NCBI GenBank assembly: GCA_965228735.1
Contig: OZ245838.1
Location: 5,696,001 to 5,760,000 of the forward strand
DNA: 64,000 nt
Origin: Planctomycetota bacterium
Lineage (GTDB): Bacteria > Planctomycetota > UBA1135 > UBA2386
Direction: 5' to 3'
Of this stretch, positions 44,531 through 53,467 are shown in pieces. How positions within the stretch are numbered: position 1 is the stretch's first letter; each line of letters opens with the position of its first letter. The position numbers and the translations under genes were made by a program. The notes beneath the pieces were generated by a model, which saw only the letters and a program-made list of their open reading frames with translations, did no database searches and was not told the origin of the DNA.

Positions 44531-47095
44531 ATGATGTTCCTCCGCACGGTCGAGCTGGCATTCGCGCGCTTCCAGAAGAAGCGCGACGGCAAGGCGCTCG
44601 CGATCGTCTTCGATCGCACGGCGCCCGAACTGCTCCGGGTCGCGCGCCATCTGGCGCGGGAGCCGGGCGATGCCGAGGACCTCGTGCAGGCGACGTTCCT
44701 CACGGCGATCGAGGCCGCGGACACGCACGAGCGCGGCAAGCCCGTGCTGCCGTGGCTGCTCGGGATCCTGAGCAATCAGGCCCGCGCGCATCGGCGCCGG
44801 TTGCGTCGCCGGCCCGACCCGACGCGCGTGCGCGCCGATGTCGTGGCCGACGTCGACGACGAGGTCGCGCGCAACGAGCTCGAGCGTGAGCTCGCGGTCG
44901 CGATCGACGACCTGCCCGCGGCCTATCGGCCGGTCCTGCGTTTGTGGTTCGAGCACGGGCTCGAGGCGCAGGAGATCGCGGCGACGCTCGAACGACCCGC
45001 CGGCACGGTGCGCTCGCAGGTGAGCCGCGGCATCGAGATGCTGCGGCAGCGGCTGCCCGAAGGGCTCGCCGGCGTCGGTGCGGTCGCGGTCAGCGTGGCC
45101 GCGAGTCGCAGCGCACTGGCCGCGATTCGCAGCAAGGTGCTCGGGCACCCGACGCTGCACGTGGCGGGAGCATCATCCGGCATTGGATCCGCCCTGGTAC
45201 TCGGAGGTCTGCTCATGTTGCATCACAAGTTGCTCGCTCTCGGCGCGGTCGCGGCCGTCGCCGTCCTGTCCTGGTTGTCGTTCGTGCCCCCCGGCGAGGT
45301 GGCGCCGAACGAGGTAATCGCGAGCGGCCCGCCCGCGGTCGCTGCGGGGAACGTGGGCGCGAGCCAGAACCGAGACGTGGTGCCCGCCGGGATCGAGCGC
45401 GACGCGGTCGAGGTGCCGAAGGAACCGCCCGAGGACGAAGGCGAGACGCTGGCTACGAAACCGACGACGCTCGTCGTGCAGATCGTCGATGGCAAGACCG
45501 GCGCGCCGCTCGCCGGCTACGGCCTCGCGACGCGTCGCCCTGGCGAGATCTCGAATCTCAACCGTAGCTCGGTGCTGTCGCGTTCCGACCGGAACGGCAA
45601 GATCTGGTTCGAGCGCATCGCGCCCGGCAGCTGGTGGCTGGAGCTCGACCGTGCGAACATCGTCGGCGTCGCCGAGGTGCGAGAGGGGCAGGTCAACGAG
45701 CACACGGTGAGTCTCGAGGACCTCGGGGTCGTGACCGGCGTCGTGGTCGATCAAAGTGGCCGGCCGATCCCGGACGCCGACATCGTGCTGCAGGGGCGTG
45801 GCATGACCGCGCCGACGCTCGCGACCAGCGATGCGCTCGGCCAGTTCGAGATCCGTCACGTCCGGGGCGGCGAGCTCCAGGCGCGCAAGCCCGGTTATGC
45901 GCCGTCGTTCGTCGAGGGCGTCCAGGGCCAGCCCGGCGGGCAGACCGAGATCCAGCTGCAGCTGCGCGCGGCGGGCGGCACGCTCACGGGGCGGGTGCTC
46001 GACGTCGACGGCAGTCCGTTGGCCGACGCGGGCGTCGCGATCGCGCGCGTCGAGCACATCGGCCTCGAAATCACCCAGATCGACGGGCCGCAGCCGCGTC
46101 CGCTCTGGGTGCGGACCGACGAAGCCGGCATGTTCCGGACGGACGAGCTCGACGTCGGTGAGCACATCGTCGTCGCGCGTGGCCTCGGTGAGAACGTCAC
46201 GCCGGCGAGCCAGCGCGTGCAGGTGACGACCATGGGGACCCACGTCGACCTGCAGTGCGCGCAGCCCGCGGTGATCGAGGGCGCGCTCGACCTCGGCGGC
46301 GAGGCCATGCCACGCGAGGGCGTGCGGGTCACGGTCTGGACCGAAGAGCCGACCGAGGACCTGGGATATCTCGTCAATCTGTTCGGCCTGCGCAACCAGG
46401 TCCTCGATCCTGACGGTCGCTTCCGGATCGTCGGTGTGCTCCCCGGTCGCGTGCAGGTCACGGCGTTCCGCGGGGCCCAGAGCATCGGCCAGCAGATGCA
46501 CACGATCGCGGCCGGTCAGACCGTCCGTTGTGACTTCGCGCTCGGTGGCGGCAGTGCGGCGGTCAAGGTGCAGCTGCAGCTTCCCGCGGGCAGCAAGGCG
46601 GCGCCCACGCTCATGGCGATGGTCTACCACTCCGCGACGCCCAACGGCCCGCCCGGGATGGTGCCGTTCCAGGACGGCCGCGCGACCGTGCAGTGCAGCA
46701 CGACCGGACCGTCGTCCATCGTCGTGACGGAGCTGCGCGGGCGGCGGAACATCGTGCAGTTGGCGCGGGCGCAGGTGCAGCCGGGCGAGCGCAAGGTCAC
46801 GATCGAGATCGGCGAGGACCAGCTGCCGACGCGACACGTGCGCGGCCGGATCGTCGATTCGCAGCATGCGCCGCAGCAGGGCGTGACCGTCGCCGTTCGT
46901 CGGATGGCGACCGACGGGCTGATCTCCGTCCTCGAGGGCGCGACGGGCGCGGACGGGACGTTCGATCTCGGCCCGTTGCCGACCGGCCAGTACGCCGTGC
47001 TCGTGGGGGAGTTGCGGTCGGCGAAGGCCGTTGGGCAGGCGGTCCTCACGTCGGCCCGCGACGAAGACGTCGGCGATCTCGTCGTTGCGCAGTAG
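44531..47095 (+). CDS. ECF sigma factor with TM segment and extracytoplasmic carboxypeptidase-regulatory-like repeats
   Basis: DAEDLVQATF, GTVRSQVSRG, hydrophobic segment, repeated GxVxDxxGxP. Confidence 0.9.
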   Translation: MMFLRTVELAFARFQKKRDGKALAIVFDRTAPELLRVARHLAREPGDAEDLVQATFLTAIEAADTHERGKPVLPWLLGILSNQARAHRRRLRRRPDPTRVRADVVADVDDEVARNELERELAVAIDDLPAAYRPVLRLWFEHGLEAQEIAATLERPAGTVRSQVSRGIEMLRQRLPEGLAGVGAVAVSVAASRSALAAIRSKVLGHPTLHVAGASSGIGSALVLGGLLMLHHKLLALGAVAAVAVLSWLSFVPPGEVAPNEVIASGPPAVAAGNVGASQNRDVVPAGIERDAVEVPKEPPEDEGETLATKPTTLVVQIVDGKTGAPLAGYGLATRRPGEISNLNRSSVLSRSDRNGKIWFERIAPGSWWLELDRANIVGVAEVREGQVNEHTVSLEDLGVVTGVVVDQSGRPIPDADIVLQGRGMTAPTLATSDALGQFEIRHVRGGELQARKPGYAPSFVEGVQGQPGGQTEIQLQLRAAGGTLTGRVLDVDGSPLADAGVAIARVEHIGLEITQIDGPQPRPLWVRTDEAGMFRTDELDVGEHIVVARGLGENVTPASQRVQVTTMGTHVDLQCAQPAVIEGALDLGGEAMPREGVRVTVWTEEPTEDLGYLVNLFGLRNQVLDPDGRFRIVGVLPGRVQVTAFRGAQSIGQQMHTIAAGQTVRCDFALGGGSAAVKVQLQLPAGSKAAPTLMAMVYHSATPNGPPGMVPFQDGRATVQCSTTGPSSIVVTELRGRRNIVQLARAQVQPGERKVTIEIGEDQLPTRHVRGRIVDSQHAPQQGVTVAVRRMATDGLISVLEGATGADGTFDLGPLPTGQYAVLVGELRSAKAVGQAVLTSARDEDVGDLVVAQ

Positions 47096-47152
47096 GTCTC
47101 GTACGGGCGGTGACGAATCCGGTCGCGCCCGCCCGGTTCTACTGCCTGCGTG

Positions 47153-49489
47153 CTACTGCCCGGTCCACTGCTCGGGCACGCAGTAGAACCACTTGTTCCA
47201 CCGCTGATGATCACCGAGCGGTCCGCCGAGCAGCAGCTCGCCGTGGTGCAGCGCGAGGCTGCGGGCGTCGCCGTTCGACGTGATCAGCGAGTGCATCAGC
47301 AGGCCGCCGATCAGGAACGTGTGCGCACCCCCGAGCGGGCTGCTGCCGAGCGCCGGGCCGTACTGCTCGTCGAAGAACGACGGCGGCACGGGCTGGTTGT
47401 CGAACTCGGTCGGCACGTAGTAGCGCAGCCCCTCGGGAACGAGGCCGAGCGTCTGGTGCGTGACGTTCTGCACCCAGGAGTACCGCACGCACTCCGCAAT
47501 GTCGTCGCACACGTCGAGGTACTTCGTGTTGCCGAAGAACTTCCACCCCGCGAGGTAGCCGTACAGGACCGCGCCGTGCTGCCACGGCATGTAGAAGCCG
47601 TGCGGCTCGGGCCAGCCCGTTCGAATGTCCGAGCCCTTGAGCTTGATCGCGCGCGACGGGTGGTCCTTGGCGCGGTCGCGTTCGACGATGACCCAGAGGC
47701 GGTCGAGCGCCGTGTCGCGGAAGTGCAGATCCCCGGTCGCGACGAACGCCTGCACGAGCCCCTGCATGGCCCAACCCTCGGAGCGGGTCTCTCGCAGCTT
47801 GGCAGTGCCGAAGTACTTCGGCCGCAGCACCCCGACGAGGCTCTCGCCGAGCTGCCGCAGTTCGTCCTGCGCCCACGCGTCGCCCGTGACCGACCAGTAG
47901 TCGAACACGAGATCCATCGACCAGTGCTCGAGGTCGTACGGACCGAAGCCGTGGGCGTGGTTGCTGCCGCTCTGCACCCTGGTGCGATACTGCGGATACG
48001 GGTCGTTCGCGCGCAGCGCGCGCCGCCCGAGCGATTCGATCGACAGATCGCGTGAGCCCGGATAGAGCGGCACGCCGTCCCACAGGAAGATCTCGTCGTC
48101 GAGCTCGACCCGCACACCGTGCAGGTGGTACGGCCGTGCGGCCTGGATCCAGGCCTTCTGCTCGAGCATCAGCAGCAGCCGCAGATCGCGCGACTGCACG
48201 GCGTGGGCGAGCTCGGGCGACAGCGGGTGGTTCCGCGGGGTGCCGGTCTGCGACGTGAGCTTGGGGTCGCCGTGCGAGCCCCAGGTGCCGAAATGGTCCT
48301 GGCTCCGCCAGGACTCGAAGTCGGACGCCGCGCGGACCGCGGCGTCGCTGGGTGCCGGGCCGGGGCCACCGAGCAGGCCGAGGGCGTGCGTCTGCCGCAG
48401 GCTGTGGTGGTCGGCGAGCGTGCGGAGCGGGTTGCGGATCAGCGCTGCCGTCGAGGTCCGGTCGTGGCGTTGCTCGTCGCGCGTGCGCGCCGGGTCGTCG
48501 CGATGCAGCAGGAAGCGATAGCGTCGCATTTGCCCGTCGGCGATCCACGTGTCGCGCATCACCTCGAAGCGTTGGAACCCGTCGAGCCCCGGCACGCGTG
48601 GCCCGATGCCTTCGAGCGCGCCGCGGTACGGCAGCACGACGTCGACGTCGCGGGCCCGGAAGCGTACGGCATCGACGTCGACGCCGCCGAGCGCCTGCAG
48701 GTTCGGACCCGTGACGAGCTCAGGGTCGTCGGTGCCGAGGTAGTCGTTCCCCGGCAGGTAGTCGACGAGCAGCGCGGGCAGGTCGCGGAACTCCGTCACG
48801 TAGAACGTCGCGGACAGGTAGTCACGCCCGATGCCGGTGCCGGCCGGCGCCTCGTGGTAATGGCGGAATCGGCGCACGCGCACGAGTGGCGTTTCCTGAA
48901 CGACGGCGCCGATGCCGGAGAGCGCGGCGTCATAGGTCACGCCGAATGCGTCGTCGACCTCGCTGCCGATCGCGGGCAGGCCGCCGGCGAACACGGGGTG
49001 GGGCGTGAACGCGCCCGCGATCGTGGCGGGTGTCGCGATGACGCGTCGTTGCACGGTTGCGTCCCGGTCGAGCGTCTCGACCCACTGCGCCTGCGCGATG
49101 CGGACACTGCCGTCGGGCCAGCGCTGCAGCACGAGCCAGGCCGTCGCGTGGTTCTCGATCGAGAAGTTCGCGGGGTCTTGGACCTGGCCCCAGGCGAACG
49201 GCACTGACGCCCGCACGACCGCCGTGCGGGTCGAGCCCGGGTTGTGCACTTCGATCGTCGGCTCGATGCCGGTCACGACCGCGCCCGGGCCGCGCGGACC
49301 CGGCGGAACCGGGCCCCACTCGTGGCCGAGTTCGATGTTCGGCGGCTCGGGTTGTTCGCCGCCGCCACCGCCGCCATCACCGCCGCCACCCCGCGAACAT
49401 GCTGGCCACAGTGCGAGCCCGAGCACCGCAGTCGCCGCGATGAGTCGGTGTCGCAACCGGAGTCGGGTCGGCCCAGGACGGGTTGGCAT
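47153..49489 (-). CDS. large lipoprotein, possibly PcRGLX/YetA-like
   Basis: Lipobox-like WPAC plus Gly linker. SVPFAWG..RWPDGS. Helical aromatic C-terminus (YWSVTGD, FVATGD). Confidence 0.55.
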   Translation of the reverse strand: MPTRPGPTRLRLRHRLIAATAVLGLALWPACSRGGGGDGGGGGGEQPEPPNIELGHEWGPVPPGPRGPGAVVTGIEPTIEVHNPGSTRTAVVRASVPFAWGQVQDPANFSIENHATAWLVLQRWPDGSVRIAQAQWVETLDRDATVQRRVIATPATIAGAFTPHPVFAGGLPAIGSEVDDAFGVTYDAALSGIGAVVQETPLVRVRRFRHYHEAPAGTGIGRDYLSATFYVTEFRDLPALLVDYLPGNDYLGTDDPELVTGPNLQALGGVDVDAVRFRARDVDVVLPYRGALEGIGPRVPGLDGFQRFEVMRDTWIADGQMRRYRFLLHRDDPARTRDEQRHDRTSTAALIRNPLRTLADHHSLRQTHALGLLGGPGPAPSDAAVRAASDFESWRSQDHFGTWGSHGDPKLTSQTGTPRNHPLSPELAHAVQSRDLRLLLMLEQKAWIQAARPYHLHGVRVELDDEIFLWDGVPLYPGSRDLSIESLGRRALRANDPYPQYRTRVQSGSNHAHGFGPYDLEHWSMDLVFDYWSVTGDAWAQDELRQLGESLVGVLRPKYFGTAKLRETRSEGWAMQGLVQAFVATGDLHFRDTALDRLWVIVERDRAKDHPSRAIKLKGSDIRTGWPEPHGFYMPWQHGAVLYGYLAGWKFFGNTKYLDVCDDIAECVRYSWVQNVTHQTLGLVPEGLRYYVPTEFDNQPVPPSFFDEQYGPALGSSPLGGAHTFLIGGLLMHSLITSNGDARSLALHHGELLLGGPLGDHQRWNKWFYCVPEQWTGQ

Positions 49490-49686
49490 GGTCGGAATGG
49501 GGTGCCGGGTGGGCGGCCCGGGCGGCCTTTGAGGCAGAGGCCGAGGGTGCAGTTTGCGACGACCGCGGCCGGTGTCAACCGGCGCCGGCCGCCTGGCATT
49601 CGCGTGTGCGGTGGACCGCGCCGGCGGTCTGCCGACGTCGCCATGGCATCGCGGCGTCGGCCGTGCTCCATTGGCAGAACTCGACG

Positions 49687-50484
49687 ATGCCAGCCGACAT
49701 CACATCCACGAAGAACCCCATCGTGCAGCGGTTCCGCGACGCGGCGCAGGGTCGGTCGATCGACGGTCCGGTGCTGCTCGCGGAAGGCTCGCGACTGCTC
49801 GAGGAGGCGCTGGCGGCGAACGTCGTGCTGCGTGAGGTCGCCGTCGGGCCGAAGTGCGACGATGCCGATCTGCGCGCCCGGCTCGCGGCCGCGTGTGACC
49901 AGGTCCACGAGTGTTCGGACGCAGTGCTCGCGAAGTTGAGTCAGCTCGACACGCCGCCTGGTGTCGCGGCGATCCTCGCGCGGCCCGAGTGGCCCGACGA
50001 GACCCTGCTGCGCGGCGACCTCGCGCCGCTCGTCGTCGTCGCCGCGGGCGTGCGCGACCCCGGCAACCTCGGGTCGCTCGTTCGCGCCTCCGAAGCGGCG
50101 GGGGCGAGCGGTCTGCTCACCCTCGCAGGCGGGGCCGACCCGTTCCGCGACAAGGCGGTGCGCGGTTCGATGGGTTCGATCCTGCGGCTGCCGACGCGAC
50201 CCGGCTTGCAGGTCGACGAGGTGCTCGCGTTCTGCGACCGACATCGACTGCGGTTGGTCGTCGCCGACGGTTCGCGTCGGGGCGACCCGCCGCATACGGC
50301 GATCGACCTGCGCAAGCCGACGGCGCTCGTCGTCGGCGCCGAGGCCGCGGGGGTGCCGGCGGCATTGCTCGACGCGGCGAACGACCGGGTTCGCATCCCG
50401 CTGCAGGAACCCGTCGAGAGCCTCAACGTCGCGGTTGCGGCGGGTGTGCTGCTGTTCGAGGCACGACGACAGCGGGAGCTCTGA
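49687..50484 (+). CDS. TrmH/SpoU family RNA methyltransferase
   Basis: ITSTKNP, RDPGNLGSLVR, GAEAAG, ESLNVAVA. Confidence 0.9.
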   Translation: MPADITSTKNPIVQRFRDAAQGRSIDGPVLLAEGSRLLEEALAANVVLREVAVGPKCDDADLRARLAAACDQVHECSDAVLAKLSQLDTPPGVAAILARPEWPDETLLRGDLAPLVVVAAGVRDPGNLGSLVRASEAAGASGLLTLAGGADPFRDKAVRGSMGSILRLPTRPGLQVDEVLAFCDRHRLRLVVADGSRRGDPPHTAIDLRKPTALVVGAEAAGVPAALLDAANDRVRIPLQEPVESLNVAVAAGVLLFEARRQREL

Positions 50485-50489
50485 CGGCG

Positions 50490-51815
50490 ATGAGCTTGTT
50501 CGAACGACCCGAGGACGACGCCCGCGGCGCCGCGGCGAGCGCGCCGTTGGCCGAACGGATGCGACCACGCACGCTCGACGAGTATCTCGGGCAGGACGAT
50601 CTCATCGGTGAGGGCCGCACGCTGCGCGCGGCGATCGAGAACGGCAAGGCCGGGTCACTCATCCTGTGGGGGCCGCCGGGCGTCGGCAAGACGACGCTCG
50701 CGGGTCTGATCGCGCAGCACGCGGATCTGCACTTCCGGCCGTTCTCGGCCGTGCTCGCCGGCGTCGCGCAGGTGCGTGCGGTCGTCAAGGAGGCCGCCGA
50801 ACTGCGGGCGAAGGACGGTCGCGCGACGCTGCTGTTCGTCGACGAGATCCATCGCTTCAACAAGGCGCAGCAGGATGCGTTCCTGCCGCACGTCGAGAAG
50901 GGTGACCTCGTGCTCGTCGGCGCGACCACGGAGAACCCGTCGTTCTCGGTCAACGGTGCGCTGCTGTCGCGCGCGCGCGTCGTCGCGCTGCAGGCACTCG
51001 GTGACGCGGCCATCGAACGCGTCGTCCGGAACGCGCTCACGGACGAGGAGCGCGGCCTCGGAGTGCGATCCCTGACGATCGAGGACGATGCGCTGCGGCG
51101 CCTCGTCACGCTGTCGGGCGGGGATGCGCGGCGGGCGCTCGGCTGCATCGAGGCCGTCGCGGCGACGTGTGTCGACTGCGAGGCGATCGGCGTCGACGCG
51201 GTCGTCGACGCGTTCCAGCATCGCGCGCTGCAGCACGACAAGGCCGGCGACCTGCACTACGACCTGCTGTCGGCGTTCCACAAGAGCCTGCGCAACTCGG
51301 ACGTGCAGGCCGTGGTCTACTGGCTCGCGCGCGCGCTCGAAGCGGGCGCGGATCCCGTGCACGTCGCGCGCCGCATGGTCGCGATGGCCGCCGAGGACGT
51401 CGGGCTCGCGGATCCGATGGCGCTGCAGGTCGCGGTCTCGGCGCTGCACGCGCTGCAGTTCCTCGGTCTGCCGGAGGGTCGACTGCCGCTCACCGAGGCC
51501 GCCGTCTACCTCGCGGCCGCGCCGAAGAGCAACGCCGTGATCCAGGCGATCACGGCGGCGACCGAGGCCGCGCGCAACGATGCTCAGCATCCCGTGCCGC
51601 TGCACCTGCGCAACGCCGCGAACAAGGTCGCGCGCGAGCAAGGACACGGCGCGGGCTACGTGTATGCCCACGATACCGAGGCCGGCGTCGCCGCGTTCGA
51701 CTGCCTGCCCGAGGCGTTGCAGGGGCGAACGTTCTTCCGGCCCGGCGAGCGCGGTTTCGAGAAGCGGCTCGGCGAGCGCATGCAGGAGAACGATCGCGCG
51801 CGCCGATCGGAGTGA
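50490..51815 (+). CDS. rarA: replication-associated recombination protein A
   Basis: PLAERMRP, GPPGVGKTT, DEIHRFNKAQQDAFLP, GATTENPSF, SAFHKSLR. Confidence 0.95.
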   Translation: MSLFERPEDDARGAAASAPLAERMRPRTLDEYLGQDDLIGEGRTLRAAIENGKAGSLILWGPPGVGKTTLAGLIAQHADLHFRPFSAVLAGVAQVRAVVKEAAELRAKDGRATLLFVDEIHRFNKAQQDAFLPHVEKGDLVLVGATTENPSFSVNGALLSRARVVALQALGDAAIERVVRNALTDEERGLGVRSLTIEDDALRRLVTLSGGDARRALGCIEAVAATCVDCEAIGVDAVVDAFQHRALQHDKAGDLHYDLLSAFHKSLRNSDVQAVVYWLARALEAGADPVHVARRMVAMAAEDVGLADPMALQVAVSALHALQFLGLPEGRLPLTEAAVYLAAAPKSNAVIQAITAATEAARNDAQHPVPLHLRNAANKVAREQGHGAGYVYAHDTEAGVAAFDCLPEALQGRTFFRPGERGFEKRLGERMQENDRARRSE

Positions 51816-52654
51816 TGGCGGACCCGCGAGGTGAGGCGGCCGAAGAGAGCCCCGGCGAGGTCCTCTTCGGCGTCGCCGGCTGGTCGTATCCCGACTGGCA
51901 GGGGATCGTTTATCCGAAGAACTGCAAGGACACGCTGCGCGCGGTCGCCGAGCGCGTCGATCTCATCGAGATCAACAACACGTTCTATCGGCCGCCGAAC
52001 CCCCGGCACGGTGCGAGCTGGGTGAAGCGCACGGAGGACCTCGGGACCCGCTTCACGGCCAAGCTGCCGCGTGAGTTCACGCACGTGCGTGAGTTCGACG
52101 CGACGTTCGTGCAGGACGTCGTCGACGGCTTCGCGCCGCTGTTCGAGTCCGGTCGCATGCTCGGCGTGCTCGCGCAGTTCAATCACGAGTTGCGCTACGA
52201 GCCGGCCGCCGTCGATCTGCTCGCGCGGATCGCGGATGCCTTCGGCGGCCGGACGAACGTGTTCGTCGAGGTTCGGCATCGCTCCTTCGATGACGCCAGC
52301 GCGCTGAACGCTCTACGCGGACTCGGACTCGGCGTGCTCGATCTCGACTACCCGGGCCAGCAGAGCGGCTTCGGCAGGTCCCACCCCGTGGCCGGCGTCG
52401 CGAGCGAGGACGGCCTGGCCTACTTCCGCCTGCACGGTCGCAACACGGCGTGGTTCAAGAAGGGCGCGGGCCGCGACGAGGTCTACGACTGGGAGTACTC
52501 GCGCTCGGAGGTCGAGCAGATCGAACGCCGCCTCGAACGGATCCGGGCCGGCGCCGTGCGGACCATCGTCGTCGCCAACAACCACTTCGAGGGCAAGGCG
52601 ATGAAGCTCGTCGATCAGCTGCTCGAGTGGTATCGCGAGTCGGATCGGTCCTGA
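51815..52654 (+). CDS. DUF72 family protein
   Basis: GVAGWSYPDW, EINNTFY, EVRH, YFRLHGRN, NNH. Confidence 0.9.
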   Translation: MADPRGEAAEESPGEVLFGVAGWSYPDWQGIVYPKNCKDTLRAVAERVDLIEINNTFYRPPNPRHGASWVKRTEDLGTRFTAKLPREFTHVREFDATFVQDVVDGFAPLFESGRMLGVLAQFNHELRYEPAAVDLLARIADAFGGRTNVFVEVRHRSFDDASALNALRGLGLGVLDLDYPGQQSGFGRSHPVAGVASEDGLAYFRLHGRNTAWFKKGAGRDEVYDWEYSRSEVEQIERRLERIRAGAVRTIVVANNHFEGKAMKLVDQLLEWYRESDRS

Positions 52655-52664
52655 GTCCGGATGC

Positions 52665-52692
52665 CGGTTCGAACCAGGTACCGTACGCCGGG
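52665..52692. repeat. single REP-like copy
   Basis: CGGTTCGAACCAGGTACCGTACGCCGGG abuts the stop codon of the convergent gene. Confidence 0.75.
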
Positions 52693-53352
52693 TTATCTGG
52701 TCGGGGCGGCGGCCGTGTTGCCGCGTTGGACGACGCGGCTCGCCGTGTCGGCGAGTGTCGCGCGCGCCTGCCGTAGCGCCTCGCCGCGGGCGAGCTGTTC
52801 GAGTTCGTTCTGGGCGAGGTCGCGAACTGCGCGGATCGCGTCGACGGCGGCCTCGCGGGTCGGAAACGCCGCGTTCCCGTCGAAGCGGAACAAGCGCGTG
52901 TACTTGTCCACGTTCTGCGCCATGACGTTGTCGCCCTGCCGGATCGTGACGGTGTAGGGCAGGATGATCGCGAACGCGGGGACGAAACCGAGGTCGGTGC
53001 GCATCGCGCTCGGCTCGCAGGGCCTGAGATCGCCGATATCGAGCTCGACGAGAACGTCGGCGTCGCCGCCGGTCGCCACCATGCCGTGCTCTTCGAACGC
53101 GTCGATCGTTCGCACGTCGCCTGCTCCGGTCACGCGGTAGGTCCTGCCGGTGGGCGAGTCGATGACGGCCCGCACCACGGGGTCAGGCGCCGAGCTCGTC
53201 GCGAGCTCGGCCCTGTCGGCCGGCCGATCGCGGCCGTAGAGCCGGTCGTAGGAGCGTGCCTTCGCGCAACCGGCGGCCGTGACGGCGGCGGTGAGCAGGG
53301 CGACTGCCAGCACGGGCCGCGTGAGGCCGGTCGAGTGGGTGCGGCGTTGCAT
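52693..53352 (-). CDS. hypothetical lipoprotein
   Basis: Hydrophobic stretch and lipobox AAGC. Confidence 0.65.
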   Translation of the reverse strand: MQRRTHSTGLTRPVLAVALLTAAVTAAGCAKARSYDRLYGRDRPADRAELATSSAPDPVVRAVIDSPTGRTYRVTGAGDVRTIDAFEEHGMVATGGDADVLVELDIGDLRPCEPSAMRTDLGFVPAFAIILPYTVTIRQGDNVMAQNVDKYTRLFRFDGNAAFPTREAAVDAIRAVRDLAQNELEQLARGEALRQARATLADTASRVVQRGNTAAAPTR

Positions 53353-53467
53353 CGTGCGATGGCTATCGACGAGCCGGCGCCATGGTCCGCAGGCTCCTTT
53401 CGCCGGATCGTCCCGAAGTCGGACCAGCTCCGCGTGATCGCCGTGGCAGCGCGTGTTCGGCTGCGAA

